Counted from the first letter of the whole stretch, positions 22,140 to 35,547 are shown. The stretch: 63,726 nucleotides of DNA, filler included, from Hausera hauseri (GCA_046269625.1; 13 parts of 13 records of this genome joined end to end with filler, not necessarily neighbours in it); one strand, 5' to 3'. Made by a program: numbers and translations. The notes: generated by a model from the sequence alone, not told the origin.

Positions 22140-25100
22140 AAGAAACATTGCATGCGGGGAACTCGGTCAACCCGAAGTTTGTGATTCGCCGTGGCGGGGC
22201 TGAAGTGTTGGCCGCCCACCCTGCACCATTGGGTCGGACGGCACGTTCGCTGAAGCTCCGCGACACGCCCCTGGCTATACGCCCACATCGTTTTCTCCTT
22301 TTTTAAACAACAAACACATTTACACAATTGCATCAACATACGCAAACACCACAGACTTCTACAATTTCATCTCCACTTTTCTTCACTCATCTGACCTTTA
22401 TATCACACACAATGGATCTACACTACCTATCGCCGGAACCGTACAATCTTCCTCAACTTACATCCAACTCCATATACACTTCCGCGTCCGTGGTGGCATG
22501 AATTCATCGCCAACCATAGACACCACGGATAAAACCACCATGAAACCAAAATCTGCAATACTGCTTCAAAAACCCACCCCTACTTCCGCTAATAACCTTT
22601 CACCTACTACCTCTTCCGCTCCTTTCCCTCACTGCAATGAATTCTTCATTGACAACCAAGGCTGTAGCAAAACTTGGTTGCAATTCCACTAATTGTGGCT
22701 ACAAACAAATAACGTCACCGATTCCTTAACTAAAGCACACAACCTCCTATACTTACTCCCTAACAATATCACATCACAAGTTTACAACATTATCGAAATC
22801 TTTGAACTTCCTGATCCATATTCACAACTCTTCAACGCTGTTCTTAAAATCACTGAACCATCAATGGACACGATGATACAACGATTTTTCCATGCCAATG
22901 CTATAGGCACACAACGACCATCAGACTTTTTACGCACCTCTTTAGCACATCTACAAACCCTCAGCGTCACTAAAGAACACAATTCAGAACTACTGCGCCA
23001 CTACTTCCTCAGCGTGTTACCCATCCAAATTCGGGCTCTACTTACAGTGGTGGAGGACTCCACGGCTCTTGAAAAATTGGCTGAATTAGCCGATAAAACA
23101 TACGACGTTCTACACTTAAACATCCCACCAATCGTTTCGGCGGCAGTTGCCACTATTGGTATCCAAAACAACAACACATCAATAGAGCAACAACTACATC
23201 AGTTACGTACCGAAAATACAGCACTACACGCAACAATCAACAATATAAACAAGAAATTAAATGAACTTTCCCTGTCCCGGCGAAGGGATTTTGTTGCTGA
23301 CCGCGCCCATTCTGCATCTAGAAACCGGTCACCATCGCCTGCGCGGTCGTCTATTTGCCAATATCACAGAAGATTCAATAAGAATGCCAAAAAATGCTGC
23401 CTAGGGTGCAGATTTTAAAATAAAAGTTTTTCTCAGACACCGTTGTTTGTATCTACTATGCAAAGTTTAAAAATCAAGCCCGTAAATGCATTCCAGGCTG
23501 AACTTTCAAACCAGATACGAACGATGGACGTGCTACCTTTTCTTCTAATAGTCGTCCTAGTTCACCTTCTCAAAAAAACTAAATTTGCCGTTAGACCTCA
23601 CGGCAAACTCTGGCAAAGGCATTACTTCACCTTCTGAATGCCGAAACGCTTCTTTTGCAGTCTTTACTCTAAAGGATGCAATCACCGCTCCTACAATGCA
23701 ATCCGTTGATTTCCTCATTGATACAGGTGCAGCAATTTCTTTATTACCACAAACCTTTCCTGTACAAAATTCACCATTCAGAATTAAGCACTTATACACC
23801 GCTTCAGATCAACCGCTGCACATTTCTGACATGGCTAAACTATCTTTTATCTTACCAAAATTGCCTTCACCTTTCCACTGGACTTTCACAGTTGCTAACG
23901 TCCAGACGGCAATTCTAGGGTTTGATTTCCTATCACATTATAATTTTTTGGTTGACTGCAGTCAACGATGTCTGAGGAGCGGCATCACTGGCAACGTTAC
24001 TAAGCATATAAATAACATTTCGACTACTGCGCAGTCAATCGAGACGCGGGAACCAATTTTGAAAAAACCAAAAACTACTTTGAATTTCCGTAATATTTCA
24101 TTCCGTAAATTTTTAAATAATAATATTGATATCCAATCGCGGTTCGATGTCGTTAATTGTGGTACTGTCACCAACGTTAATTCACTCGACGAAATCACTT
24201 CATTTAACACCATTTTCAATTCGACCATCTTACACCAAATACCACTTGACTGCACATCACCAAACTATTCACAAATTGCAGGTGCTACTACTCAAGCTGT
24301 TTTACCATCATCACCGAATCTCTCACAGTTGCCTACAAGTTTACAGCAATTCGTCAACACATAATGTTCACAAGTACTCCTGCAAGCAGCACTGCATGTC
24401 ACATAATTAAACTGCATCAACAACCAATACGCCAAAAGGTACGACCACTGTCACGTCATCTTAGGCAGGCCGAAGAAGCCGAATTTCTTGAACTTGAATG
24501 CTCCGGCATTGTACGCCGTTCCAAACCTCCTTGGTCTTCACCTTTACATGTCGTACAAAAAGGACGGAACTTTTAGACCATGCGGTGACTACCGACAGTT
24601 GAACAACGTGACAATTATGGATGGGTATCCCCTGCCACTCGTCAAGGATATCTTGTATCGCCTTGATTCAACCACAATTTATTCGACCATTGATTTGGCC
24701 AAAGCATACCACCAAATACCAGTTGCACCCGAAGACATAGAAAAGACTACTGTCACCACTCCTTTTGGCCTCTACGAGTACCTGTTTATGCCATTCAGTT
24801 TGCGAAACGCCGCACAGACTTTTCAGCGACATATCGACTTATACTGATGATATTCTGATCGTTTCCTCTTCGGCCAAACAACACGAGGAATACCTTCGCG
24901 CAACATTCCAACGCCCTAACCACCATAATTTCCATGTCAATTTCGACAAATGCCATTTCTTCAAAAAGCGCATAAACTTTTTGGGCCACGTTATTTCACT
25001 AGACGGCCACTCTTCTCAACCAGACCGCGTTAAAGCCCTTAAGAATATCCAGTTACTACGTACGATCACCGAAATGCTCAGCTTCCTCGGTACACTACAC

Positions 25101-25700
25101 TTTGTACATAAATATGTACCATATTGCTCTAAATTGACAGCACCATTTGCACACTTAAGCGGTGGCAAAAAACATCATCCAATACAGTGGACACCTCAAT
25201 TGGTTGATAAGTTTGATAAGCTACGCGAAGGAATTAAGACCGTCGACATTCTCGCTTTCCCCAAGCCTGATGTGGAACTCATCCTTACTACAGACGCTTC
25301 AACCACTGCAGTAGGTGCTGTACTCCACCAAATCCACAAAGGAGAATATCAACCTCTAGAATTTTTCTCTCGCAAGCTAACATCCCCTAAAACTAGATAC
25401 TCAACGTTTGATCGAAAATTCTTGGCTATCGTTCTTGCTTCAAAGCATTTCTGCCACCTACTTGTCGCTCGCCATTTTACCATACAGACCGATCACAAAC
25501 CCTTACTTAACATCATGACTATAAAATATCCTTCCACACGCCAAGAACGACAGATACCATACTTGTCGACATTTAACTTCGACATAAAACACATTAATGG
25601 GGTTAATAATTTAGTTGCTGACTTTTTATCTAGGTCGGTTAGTTCGATTAATTTTTCACCAATTTTTACGCGACCCCAACTTCAACAAAACCAACCTGTT
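22140..25700 (+). mobile_element. Ty3/Gypsy family A copy 2 (leader, gag, PR, RT, RH), degenerate, integrase missing
   Basis: gag MNSSPTIDTT... homologous to copy 1; FLIDTGAAIS; CGDYRQLN; YTDD; TDAS; TDHKPL; homology breaks off near 25700. Confidence 0.93.
23573..23614 (+). promoter_or_regulatory. Programmed -1 ribosomal frameshift signal (A_AAA_AAC plus putative pseudoknot) at the gag/pol junction
   Basis: gag frame CAA AAA AAC TAA; the pol frame is -1; 7-nt spacer, then GCCG/CGGC and GTTAGA/TCTGGC stems. Confidence 0.75.
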
Positions 25701-27239
25701 ATTTCCGAAATTTTCAGGTACAATTTGTCCATTTATTGTACGGTTATCCATGAATAGCCAGAATTCGTCAGAAAATAAAACGATTACAATAATACATCCA
25801 ACATCAATAGAAAGTAAATTGAAATCCTCGTGTTGTATTTCGTCTCGAAGGAATTGGTAATTAAAGAAAATATAAACTTGACAAACGGTTAATTTTGAAA
25901 TTATTCATGACGATATTTACAGAGATAACGTTTAAATTGAATTCAATTAGAAAATAACACCAAGTCAATTACAGTAATTAAATAGCGGTCAGACCAAGTC
26001 AATAAAATAGTAATAACTTTTATCTGGAAAAAATCAGGAACTTTAAATAAAAACTATCAAATAGAGTGCAGAACGGCGAATGAAACAGGAACTGAATCGA
26101 CTTAGAAAACTGATAAAATTGAGACAGTACAATAATGCAAAATTATTCAATCACCAATCGACAATCCTTTTTTGAATTAACCTGCCGCAATTTCAAATGG
26201 TTTCCTTATTAAAACAAGAAAATGTTTTTTTGTACAAATCATCGATTGGGTGAATGTGGGCACCACATTGTAGCTGCAATTGGACAGATGATATAATGTG
26301 CCAGGAATATGGACATGCTGTAGAAACATTTGCAGCACGTACATGGAAACGTACCGGTCATGTCGTGATATTCATCAAAATGCTTTTTGATTTCCTTTAG
26401 TTCGATACATGTGTATTAGGTAATTCATTGATGACCGCGTAAAAGGAATTGAAATTTTTGAGAATCAATAAATGTTTTGCTATGTGAAGAAATCTCTCGG
26501 CAAACTTTTGCTCTTTCATTTACTTTTAAAATTGACAAATTAATATTACCGATAATGACGTATTCAGAATGGTATCTAAGATTGCTATCTTAACGTATAA
26601 ATCGCATTACATAATAAAGTATTCGTAGAGTTATGTTCCATTTCTGTCTAATACAACAATCCACATTGCTTTTCCTTTTCTCAAATTCTTCATTGGCATA
26701 AACACAACAGTGGGTAATTGACATACTTCTAAACGTATCCTAAATTGAAAACACTGATTAATTCTGCTGACAGCCCACTTTCTAATCTTTTGACCAATTC
26801 AGCGGGTGAACTTCTCGAGGCGGAAGATCGGGCCCGACTATGGATCCGACGCGGCGATGACGGACGCCCGGCCGTGCCCGACTAAAATGGGCCAAAGGGC
26901 ACCGACCGCGATGGGCACTATTGTTTAAAAAATTTCTAGGTGGTACATCCCACATAGACAATTGCAGCAAAATATTCCGATAGAGATTTGTCTATTTGCC
27001 TATTCAAAACTTTTAAATAATGAATTCGCAAATTCTTTTGATCAAAATTTCCTTTTAGATCATTTTTATGCGTTGACGGAAAGTGAATTAAAATACGTTC
27101 AATATGGCGTAAACAGATTGAATATCAGCACTAATTTAANNNNNNNNNNNNNNNNNNNNNNNNNNNNNNNNNNNNNNNNNNNNTTAATTAATTAANNNNN
27201 NNNNNNNNNNNNNNNNNNNNNNNNNNNNNNNNNNNNNNN

Positions 27240-27578
27240 TGCCAATCCCCAATATTGGAAATATCGGAAATCAGATATTATTAATTTCTGCACACTTTCA
27301 CATGTGTAGTGCACCTGCACTGTGCACCAATCGATGTGCACTAATGTGTATTATCAATTAGCACTTTATACAGATCGATTCGATCATTTGTGCAATGTGC
27401 AGCTATCGATTTGTGAAATGTGCAAAATTGTGCATAGCAACGGTGCCTAAGGGCACCATCGCCTAGTACATTACCGATCAATAGTGCTCCATGCGCACTA
27501 TTGATTGGCACGTGTGTAAACTGTTTTATCGATTCGCACATCCCGGGGGTGGTGCAGACTTCCCATTTTCTCCCTACT
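27240..27578. repeat. Polinton terminal region, third copy; terminus at 27578
   Basis: Matches the last ~330 bp of 1400..3139 and 8330..9734; ends CCCATTTTCTCCCTACT. Confidence 0.85.
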
Positions 27579-28653
27579 CATATAAAACCATTCGCCTCCA
27601 TATAGTAAATCTTGAAAGCCCAGAATCAACAACAGTCTTTGTCATTTTTAGTCATCAATAATAATTCTTTGTCAAATATATAACTTGACAAAACCTGGAA
27701 AAGAATTTATAAACCGACATACATTATACAAACAAACGAGTTTTTCTGTTCTCTTATTGTGCAACTGAATATTCAGCCTATCACCCAAAAGTTTCATCTG
27801 TTTAATTCTGTCATGGAAATGCGGATGAACACATTTTATTTTTCATTGTAGTTCACGGAATTGGTAACGGGAACAATAATCTCTTTGGATTTCTTGGGTC
27901 GATGCACTGGCATCCTTGCCAATTCAACTCCAAGACATAATCATATTCCAAATCAATTGCAATTCTGGATTAAATGACATCACCGAATACGCGCACTTGT
28001 TAACACGTTTTTGATTTGCTAATGTCTCCTTAATACTAACTCTTCGGTTACAAAATTTGTCAGGACACTTGAATTCCGCAACTGTGTCATTTAAAACACT
28101 CACATTTTCTTCCAGCTTCCCCTGTTTACTTTACCCAGTCATGAAGAATTTTCTATAATTTTTTGTCTAACTCGGCGTATGCACCAACATCTACTAGTCT
28201 TACATCATACCACAATTTCAAATTGACTCGATTTTTTACAAATCCATTTTGTTGGATGATCTTTCTTGACAATAGAGTCAACTTCACATAACGACTTTCT
28301 TACCTGCTTACAACTGGATCTTCATATTCTCTTTATCATTGCATAGACAATTCGTAACTTGTCAATGTACCAGATGAATTCCGATCAATGGACCACAAAT
28401 TGAAAATAGCCTGCAATTGGTAAATTCACTTTCCAACACTCGAACTGGTTCTTTTGTTATCATCCCATACTTGCCATATAATGTCATCAATATACGTGTC
28501 GGCTGTTCCAATGAAAACATATTAATCAAGTCGATAATCGAACCCAGATACAACTTTTAATTTTTGTTCTTTCGAACGTTATCAGTGCCAGATTGAACTT
28601 CCGAAAATTCAATTTTATATTTTCGCTAATTATTCTTAAGCATAAATATTTAG

Positions 28654-29266
28654 GAGTCTTATCAATCTTATGGTTTCTGGACCCGTTGTGGCGTTTGAAC
28701 TTATGCGAGATAACGCCATTGAAGCCTGGCGTGGTATGGTGGGACCAACTGATCCTTTAATTGCTAAAAGAGAGAACCCATTGACACTGAGAGCGAAATA
28801 TGGAATTGACATTGTTAGTAATGCACTCCATGTTGCCGATTCGCCCGATTCTGCTGCCAGAGAAATAGGTTTTTTCTTTCCAGACAACGATTGTTCTATT
28901 CCAAACACCGCTATATTTCATGACAGCACATGTGCTGTTATCAAACCACATTTAGTTGCTGAAGGTGGAGAATATTATAATGTAGTACGTATTGAATACT
29001 GTTTAGGTCGCGTTGGTGAAGTTATTGTATCCATTCTTAATGGTGGATTTGAAATAACCGCCATGGAAATGTACAACTTAGATAAAGCGAACGCTGAAGA
29101 ATTTTTGGAAGGCTATAAGGGTGTCTTAGCTGAATATCCAGCATTAGTGCAGGAACTTATTTCTGGACAATTTATTGCAATGGAAATAAGTGCGGGTCCT
29201 TGTTTGAAAGGTACACAAGTTCAGAAATCATTCAGAGATTTCGTAGGACCAATGTTTTCTATTTAG
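28654..29266 (+). pseudogene. NME7: Nucleoside diphosphate kinase 7 fragment (end of NDK domain A, most of domain B), with a 42-nt in-frame intron 28965..29006
   Basis: SGPVVAFEL...WRGMVGPTD...TLRAKYG...NALH...EIGFFF...TCAVIKPH...GFEITAMEM...EEFLEGYKGVL; homology ends abruptly at FRDFVGP. Confidence 0.88.
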
Positions 29267-29386
29267 TCTTGCGATGCGGAGTCTTCATCATCTAGCTTAT
29301 TTAACCCAGATAATTGTGTAATTGTGAATCAAGCCGAGCTATAAAAATTAGCTGCGGATTTACATGAAAGAAAGAAAAATTTTGAG

Positions 29387-30260
29387 ATGAAACAAAATGC
29401 TCTATCAAAGTTGCTTAAAATGCCTGTTGTTGACATTCAGCGTTGGGAAGTATTAGATCCTGGGCTGGTTGATTGTCTTAATAAACCTGAATTACACAGC
29501 CGAACAATTAAATTTATTAAGAAAGGTTTTTTATCAACTTCAATAAATGTCAGATATTTTTATTGTACTCTAGCTAGTCAACTAGAGTCAGTTTTCAAAG
29601 CAAAAGGTTTTCAAATGCAAGCTTTGAAAAAGGGTTTGGATATTCGACATTTGAGGACACTTGACAAATTAAGAAAAGCCGATAACTTAATTCCAGAGAC
29701 GAAAATTCTGTTTTCTGATTTGTATAGCTTAGACGACGCTAAAACAAAACTCCATAAACTATTTATCTGGCCAATAAAGTATCAATCGTTATTTGCCAAG
29801 TGTCCGATTAAGCTGCACCAAAGTCTTGCTTCCAGGTTGCGTAAAAGTCATCGTGCAGTTTCGTTGGCCAATGAAGTTAAAGTGAACTTTAAATTAACAA
29901 AGGGCCCAGAGTTACTAAATAAATATATTGTATCAAGGGAAGAGGAAGTTAGAAAATTCTTTGAGTTTTCTACAAGTATTCAACCGATTCTGCTCTTCTT
30001 TTATGAATTTGAAGCACTTGTTCCTATACGTGACCATGACAGTACGGGTGTTACGGATAGGGTGGTGAATTAGTTACTAACAAAAGACGACGTATTTCAA
30101 GTTTAAAACAGTCGAAAATTTTCATAATAGCTTGTTCAAACAGACCAGATCTTATTGATCCAGCTATATTAAGACCAGGAAGAATCAGTTTCAAAGTATA
30201 TTGCTCTCCTCTTACTAATTTTGTTAAAAGAGTCGAAGTTCTTGAATTTTTCTTGAAGAA
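29387..30260 (+). pseudogene. PEX1: Peroxin-1-like AAA ATPase D2 fragment; Walker A lost, internal stop and frameshift
   Basis: WPIKYQSLFAKCPIK, KGPELLNKYI, HDSTGVTDRVVN*LLT, SNRPDLIDPAILRPGR. Confidence 0.8.
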
Positions 30261-31367
30261 GTCCTGCTTATTTTTTGCAGAAGACTTTGAGGAACAGAAC
30301 AAATACTTGACCTTTAAAAATCCATACGAAAACAATCAACCGAAAATTACCGTACCTTCTCTTATTGATTGTAAAGTCAAATATGACGAATATAAACGAG
30401 GTTTTCTTGGGGTCATTGATAACCGAACTGTTTCGATTATAATTACAGACGTGGTCGAAAGCTAACGACTGCAAAGTCTAGGAGTGTTACAAGACGATAC
30501 AGACTTCAAAAATGATTTACTAAGTATCAATTGGAACATTTTGGATTTGATGACCATAGATTCAAAGTTCAGTGACGTAGCTATACCATTGAGTAGTATA
30601 CAAAATGTTAGTACAGTAAAAACAGTTATACTGAGGATAGTCGCTACGTAATATGCCATTATTTATGGAATGTTAACAAGCTTTCCTATCGACATTGGAG
30701 GTCTTTTACGTTTCGTGATACTTTTGAAATGCAACAACGGTAAAAGATGGTACATAGGTACCTTCCCACCAATATTTACGCCGAAGTAAAGAGAATTGAC
30801 GCTGGCCAAAGTTTGGGTATTGTAGTTTCTATTCGCTGCTTTAATTTTATTGAATTTATTACAGGGCTGTTTTGGCAGTATTGCATTTTATCTTTGTTTT
30901 TTGTGATTCCGTCCGTTTTCGGTCGTCTCGGATTTTTGAAATACAACTGCTATCTAGCGAAGGCGTTTTTTTGGTGACACATCTTGCTATCATTCTGGCA
31001 TTACTTCTGCCGCTCTTGGAATTCTAGATCATTTCAGCAAAACACCTCTTCTTTTCTTTATTCCTCAGGTCATAAATTTTGTCTATTCTATTTCACAGTT
31101 GTTTCGCTTTAGCTTTTGCCCACGACATAGTCTTCCGATATCTTATTACTGTTGATAAAATTACTCAGTCTACATCGAAATTTAGATTGGCTTCATTGGG
31201 AAAAATTGGTAAACTACGCTTTTACGTTCTGAAGTATTTGACACTCGTAGGAATTCGTGAACTCGGTNNNNNNNNNNNNNNNNNNNNNNNNNNNNNNNNN
31301 NNNNNNNNNNNTTAATTAATTAANNNNNNNNNNNNNNNNNNNNNNNNNNNNNNNNNNNNNNNNNNNN

Positions 31368-33960
31368 CTTAAGAAAAAGCCTGGCTCCAATGAGGAAATA
31401 GATTTAGAAGATCAAAAGATGCCGAAATGGTATCCTCCTCCACACTCGTTAAGACCGGAGATAACAAAAGAAGTAGGACGAATGTTAAAGGCCGACATAA
31501 TTAGACCGATCGTGGTACTGCTCTATACTCATGATTAAGAATAAAGGTACTACAAAGCATCGATTTTGTATTATTATCGAGCGTTAAACACACTTATGAT
31601 GAAAGATTCATTTTCACTACCATCGGTAAAAGAAGCCCTAGATTGGCTTTCCGGAGTAAAATGGTTCACCACACTTGATCTACAATCTGGATATTGGCAA
31701 GTGGAGATAGAGGAAGAAGACCGCTATAAAACTGCGTTTAAAACGCACGACGGTGTGTACGAATTCAACGTCACGCCATTCGGAATAACTACGGAGCTAA
31801 CAATTTTTACTCGAATGATGAATAAGATGTTAATGGGACTAGAACACGCGTTCGCATATATGGACGACGCGCCCAAAACGGAAGAAGAACATCTAAAGGA
31901 CATTGAGGACACGCTTATGCGGATAGAACAAGCCGGATTGAAATTGAATCTCAAGAAATGTAAACGGGCTCAAAACGTTGTTACTTATGTCGAACATATA
32001 GTTGGAGAAGGAGGATCAAAACCGGATAAATCACTGTTGAGTAAAATATCAGATTGTATGGAATCTCAAAATTTGAAAGAGTTAAGACATTGTTTAGGCT
32101 TGTGCGGATATTACGCCACTTATGTACCGGACAATTTAAAAATAAACGCACCCTTGTATCGCTTACTTAAAAGGGGAATTAAATGGAAATGGACTGATGT
32201 TGAACAAAAGGCTTTCGACGGAATGAAGAAAATCTTAACTAGCGAACCCGTTTTAAGATATCATGATTTTAACCTACCGTTCATAATTAAAACGTATGCA
32301 AGAAAAGAAGGCATTGGGTACGAGTTAGTTCAAAAACGAGAAGATGAAGAATTGGAACATCCGATCGCATACGGAGGGCGATCACTAAAGAAAACTGAGA
32401 AGAATTATTTTGTTACGGAATTAGAAACGTTAGATGTAAAAGAAGCTCTACGACACTTTAACGTATACTTCTACGGACAAAAGATTATAATTGTCACGGA
32501 TCATAAAGCGGATACAACCTTGAAAGGCAGAGCAAATAATCCGACATGTAGATTCAGCAGATGGATCGAAGAGATTTCATGATATAACATTGAATTTCAG
32601 TAAAAACCCAGAAGCAAACATGTCGATGCCGATGCGTTATCAAGGCTCAAAACCAAAACAAGCGCGATTACTGTAATGGGAAAAGCTCAACTCGAGGAAT
32701 TAGTGGATAGACAACAAGTTCTAACAATGGATAAAGCAATTAAAATTTCAAGTGAACAAAAGAAGGACAAAATTATACAACAAATCATCGAATTTGTCAA
32801 AAAAAAGATAACGCCAAAGGATCACCAACTACGAAAGCATTTGCAAAGACATGGTCATAAATACTGCGCAACAGGAGACACGAACCGCGGAAACGTATTG
32901 TATTATGAACGAAAAGGACGAAAATTAGTAGTTATACCAAAAGGACTACGTACAGAAGTACTAATGACCGAACACGACTCTTACTTAGCCGGACACACGT
33001 CATGGAAGAAGACATTAGAGAGAATATTAAATAAATATTATTGGCCGAGCGTTTACATTGACGCAAAGAATTTGGTGAATGCTTGCGAGGTATGAGCAAC
33101 CAAACAGAGAAAAGTGAAGAACTACATCACCGAACGTAAACCGATAAACGTGCCGGACAGACCAATGCAAGCAATGCCCATGGATATTGTAGGACCGTTA
33201 CCTACAACTCAAAAATAATAAGTATATTCTAACATGTGTAGATCGATTCACTCATTTTGTCGAGCTTATAGCATTGATGGACCAGAAGGCCGAAACTCTA
33301 GCAGAAGCCGTAGTAAGGAAGATTATCTGTAGATACATACCTCCTGAACAAATTTTGACAGACCGAGGAAGAAACTTTACAAGTGAACTCTGAGAAAATT
33401 ACCAAAATATTCCAGATTGAACGATTAACCACAACGGCTTACCATCCTCAATGCAACGGATTGGTTGAACGAATGAATGCAACAGTTATACGGATCTTAT
33501 CCACCGTGGTTGCGAAGGACCAGAAAGATTGGGACGAATTTTTAGAGGGCACACATTTTGCCATAAACACTACACCACATCCTGCAACAGGATTTACTCC
33601 ATTTTTATGATGTACGGCAGAGAAGCTGTATTACCCACGGATTTAGGAAGGATACCATATACAGTGAAAACGGAAGAGTTAGAGCGAAACTTTGTTGAAG
33701 TATTACAGATGAGACTGCACAAGTGTTGGGAAATAGCCAAAAAATTATCCAAAGAATATCAAGAACAATTTAAAAATCAATACTACAAGAAGGCTAAACC
33801 ACACGATCTAGAACAAGTAGATTGTGTTTATGTACACTATCCAGTAGCGTTAGAAAGGCACCTCTCTGAAACTCACTCGAACAGGCAGAGGCCCCTACGA
33901 AGTTGTGAGAACCACGCCAACTACAGTTCATATCAATAAAAATGGCAAAGAGGAAGTCAT
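31368..33960 (+). mobile_element. Ty3/Gypsy family B pol (RT-RH-IN), degenerate
   Basis: LDLQSGYWQV, KTAF, YMDD, TELETL, TDHK, HDSYLAGH, DIVGPLP, TDRGRNF, YHPQCNGLVERMN. Confidence 0.93.
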
Positions 33961-34089
33961 ATCAATAAAAGGAGTGGTCAGAACGGAAATAAGGCCAAAC
34001 AAACGCTATAATCTGCGTTGAAGTAAAGAGCGTCCGAATAAAACCAAGAAAGAAAATAGAACGTCGTCGATAGTAACAAGACCGGCATT

Positions 34090-35352
34090 CTATGTACAGA
34101 TAGTTTTTGCCTTGTCGTTAATCGCTTCATATATACCGAAAACAGGATCAATAACTCCAACCGAAAAGCAACAATATGCGGCAAGACGGAAAGACATACA
34201 AAACTTGCAGCCCCTTAGAATATACGATATGGATTGGAACAAACCCTGTGTCTGGTTCAAGGCAAGCGAATTGGTTAAGAACCACGTAAAGTTTCAAATA
34301 ATATTTATGAATAGGATTGGTGTCGAGATGAAGACGTGTGATTTTCCGTATGGAACCTATCAGAAATGTTGCGACTTAGATTTCGGTCAAACATATAGAT
34401 ATAAACTTCAAATGTTCTAATATTCTCAAAGTTCAAGCCTACATAACTACATAGTTCAAAATAGATATACCCAAACTGAACGAAACAAGCCAAGCAAAGC
34501 TTAACGACATAATCCAAAGTACCAACCCACAGAAATGAATTTTGGATAATAGCATAATTGGAATCTTTAAATACATAAAAAAGAAATGTATTCAGATAAA
34601 AACTGAAATTGGATTACTGGGCGACAGACAAATTATCATTTGATTTATACCAATAAAAAATCAACCCCCTCAGTGAATTATTGTTATATAGGACGTAACG
34701 AAGAAAATTCATGTTATGAAATGCCACTGGATCATGAATATAAAATGCAATTCGATCAATATAACACCCAACCAAACGAACCAAGTGTTTAACTAAGAAG
34801 GTATTATACAGAAGCTTGAATATGAAAATTCTCTTTCTGGTAACTACATGAAAACCATCTACTGCCCAGAGTACAACTGTTTTTGCTAATGTTGACACTT
34901 CGAGTAATATACCCGAAAGGGAATTAGAAAGTATACCTGTTAAGTATCTGACGCACCTATATACAATTGTCTTTCATCAAAGAGAAATTAAACTATGATA
35001 TTAAAATTGAATCTTACACCCTGCATACTAACAAAAGTGTAATATTAAAAAGAATAGTCTGGAAACCCAAAGCAAACTTTTACGACCACAATACGTCTAT
35101 GTAATTCAAATTTTTTAAGATGGTAAAAGACCCAAAACCTTCACACTACGAATTCTAAACGAAATTCGAGTAATGAAATATAAAGATACTAATACCGAGA
35201 ACAATATTACTACAAAAAATTCAATTGAGCCAACAAGCTTACCGATAATATCCATCTTTGGTTTGACAATTTTTGTTATCATAATAAAAACGACAATTTT
35301 CTTAGTTTCCAAAAATTGTAATAAGCGACTTTATCAATCAACAGGGCGATAA
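34090..35352 (+). pseudogene. Degenerate third ORF (env-like/membrane protein) downstream of Gypsy B integrase
   Basis: Signal-like VQIVFALSLIASY, Cys-containing segment, C-terminal TM-like LPIISIFGLTIFVIII; several stops. Confidence 0.4.
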
Positions 35353-35467
35353 ACGGGAAAAAGGGTATCAAGACGAGATTTATGATAGAATAACCTGACA
35401 ATTACAGATCGGGTTATCCTATAATCATACAGAGAAAATGTTTGGTTTCAAAACGATCATCTGTTTT

Positions 35468-35547
35468 AGAAGGAAGAAAATGGGGAGTCTGTCTCACACC
35501 CTTTGGGGTGGGAGCGGTAATGGATAAACCAATTTTTCACATAGGCC
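35468..35547 (+). repeat. Fourth Polinton-like terminus, pointing into the gap
   Basis: AGAAGGAAGAAAATGGGGAGTCTGTCTCACACCCTTTGGGG aligns with AGTAGGGGAAAAATGGAGAGTTTGTCCCACCCCTTCGGGG (reverse complement of the 9734 end). Confidence 0.6.

Noticed and set aside
28965-29006. 14-aa insertion in NME7
   Set aside because: It is a stop-free 42-nt GT-AG intron; removing it restores the NME7 alignment.
30071-30073. Ciliate-type genetic code (TAA/TAG = Gln)
   Set aside because: The Tctex1 gene ends YYE-TAA at the normal position, gag ends in TAA, and the affected genes also show deletions or frameshifts.
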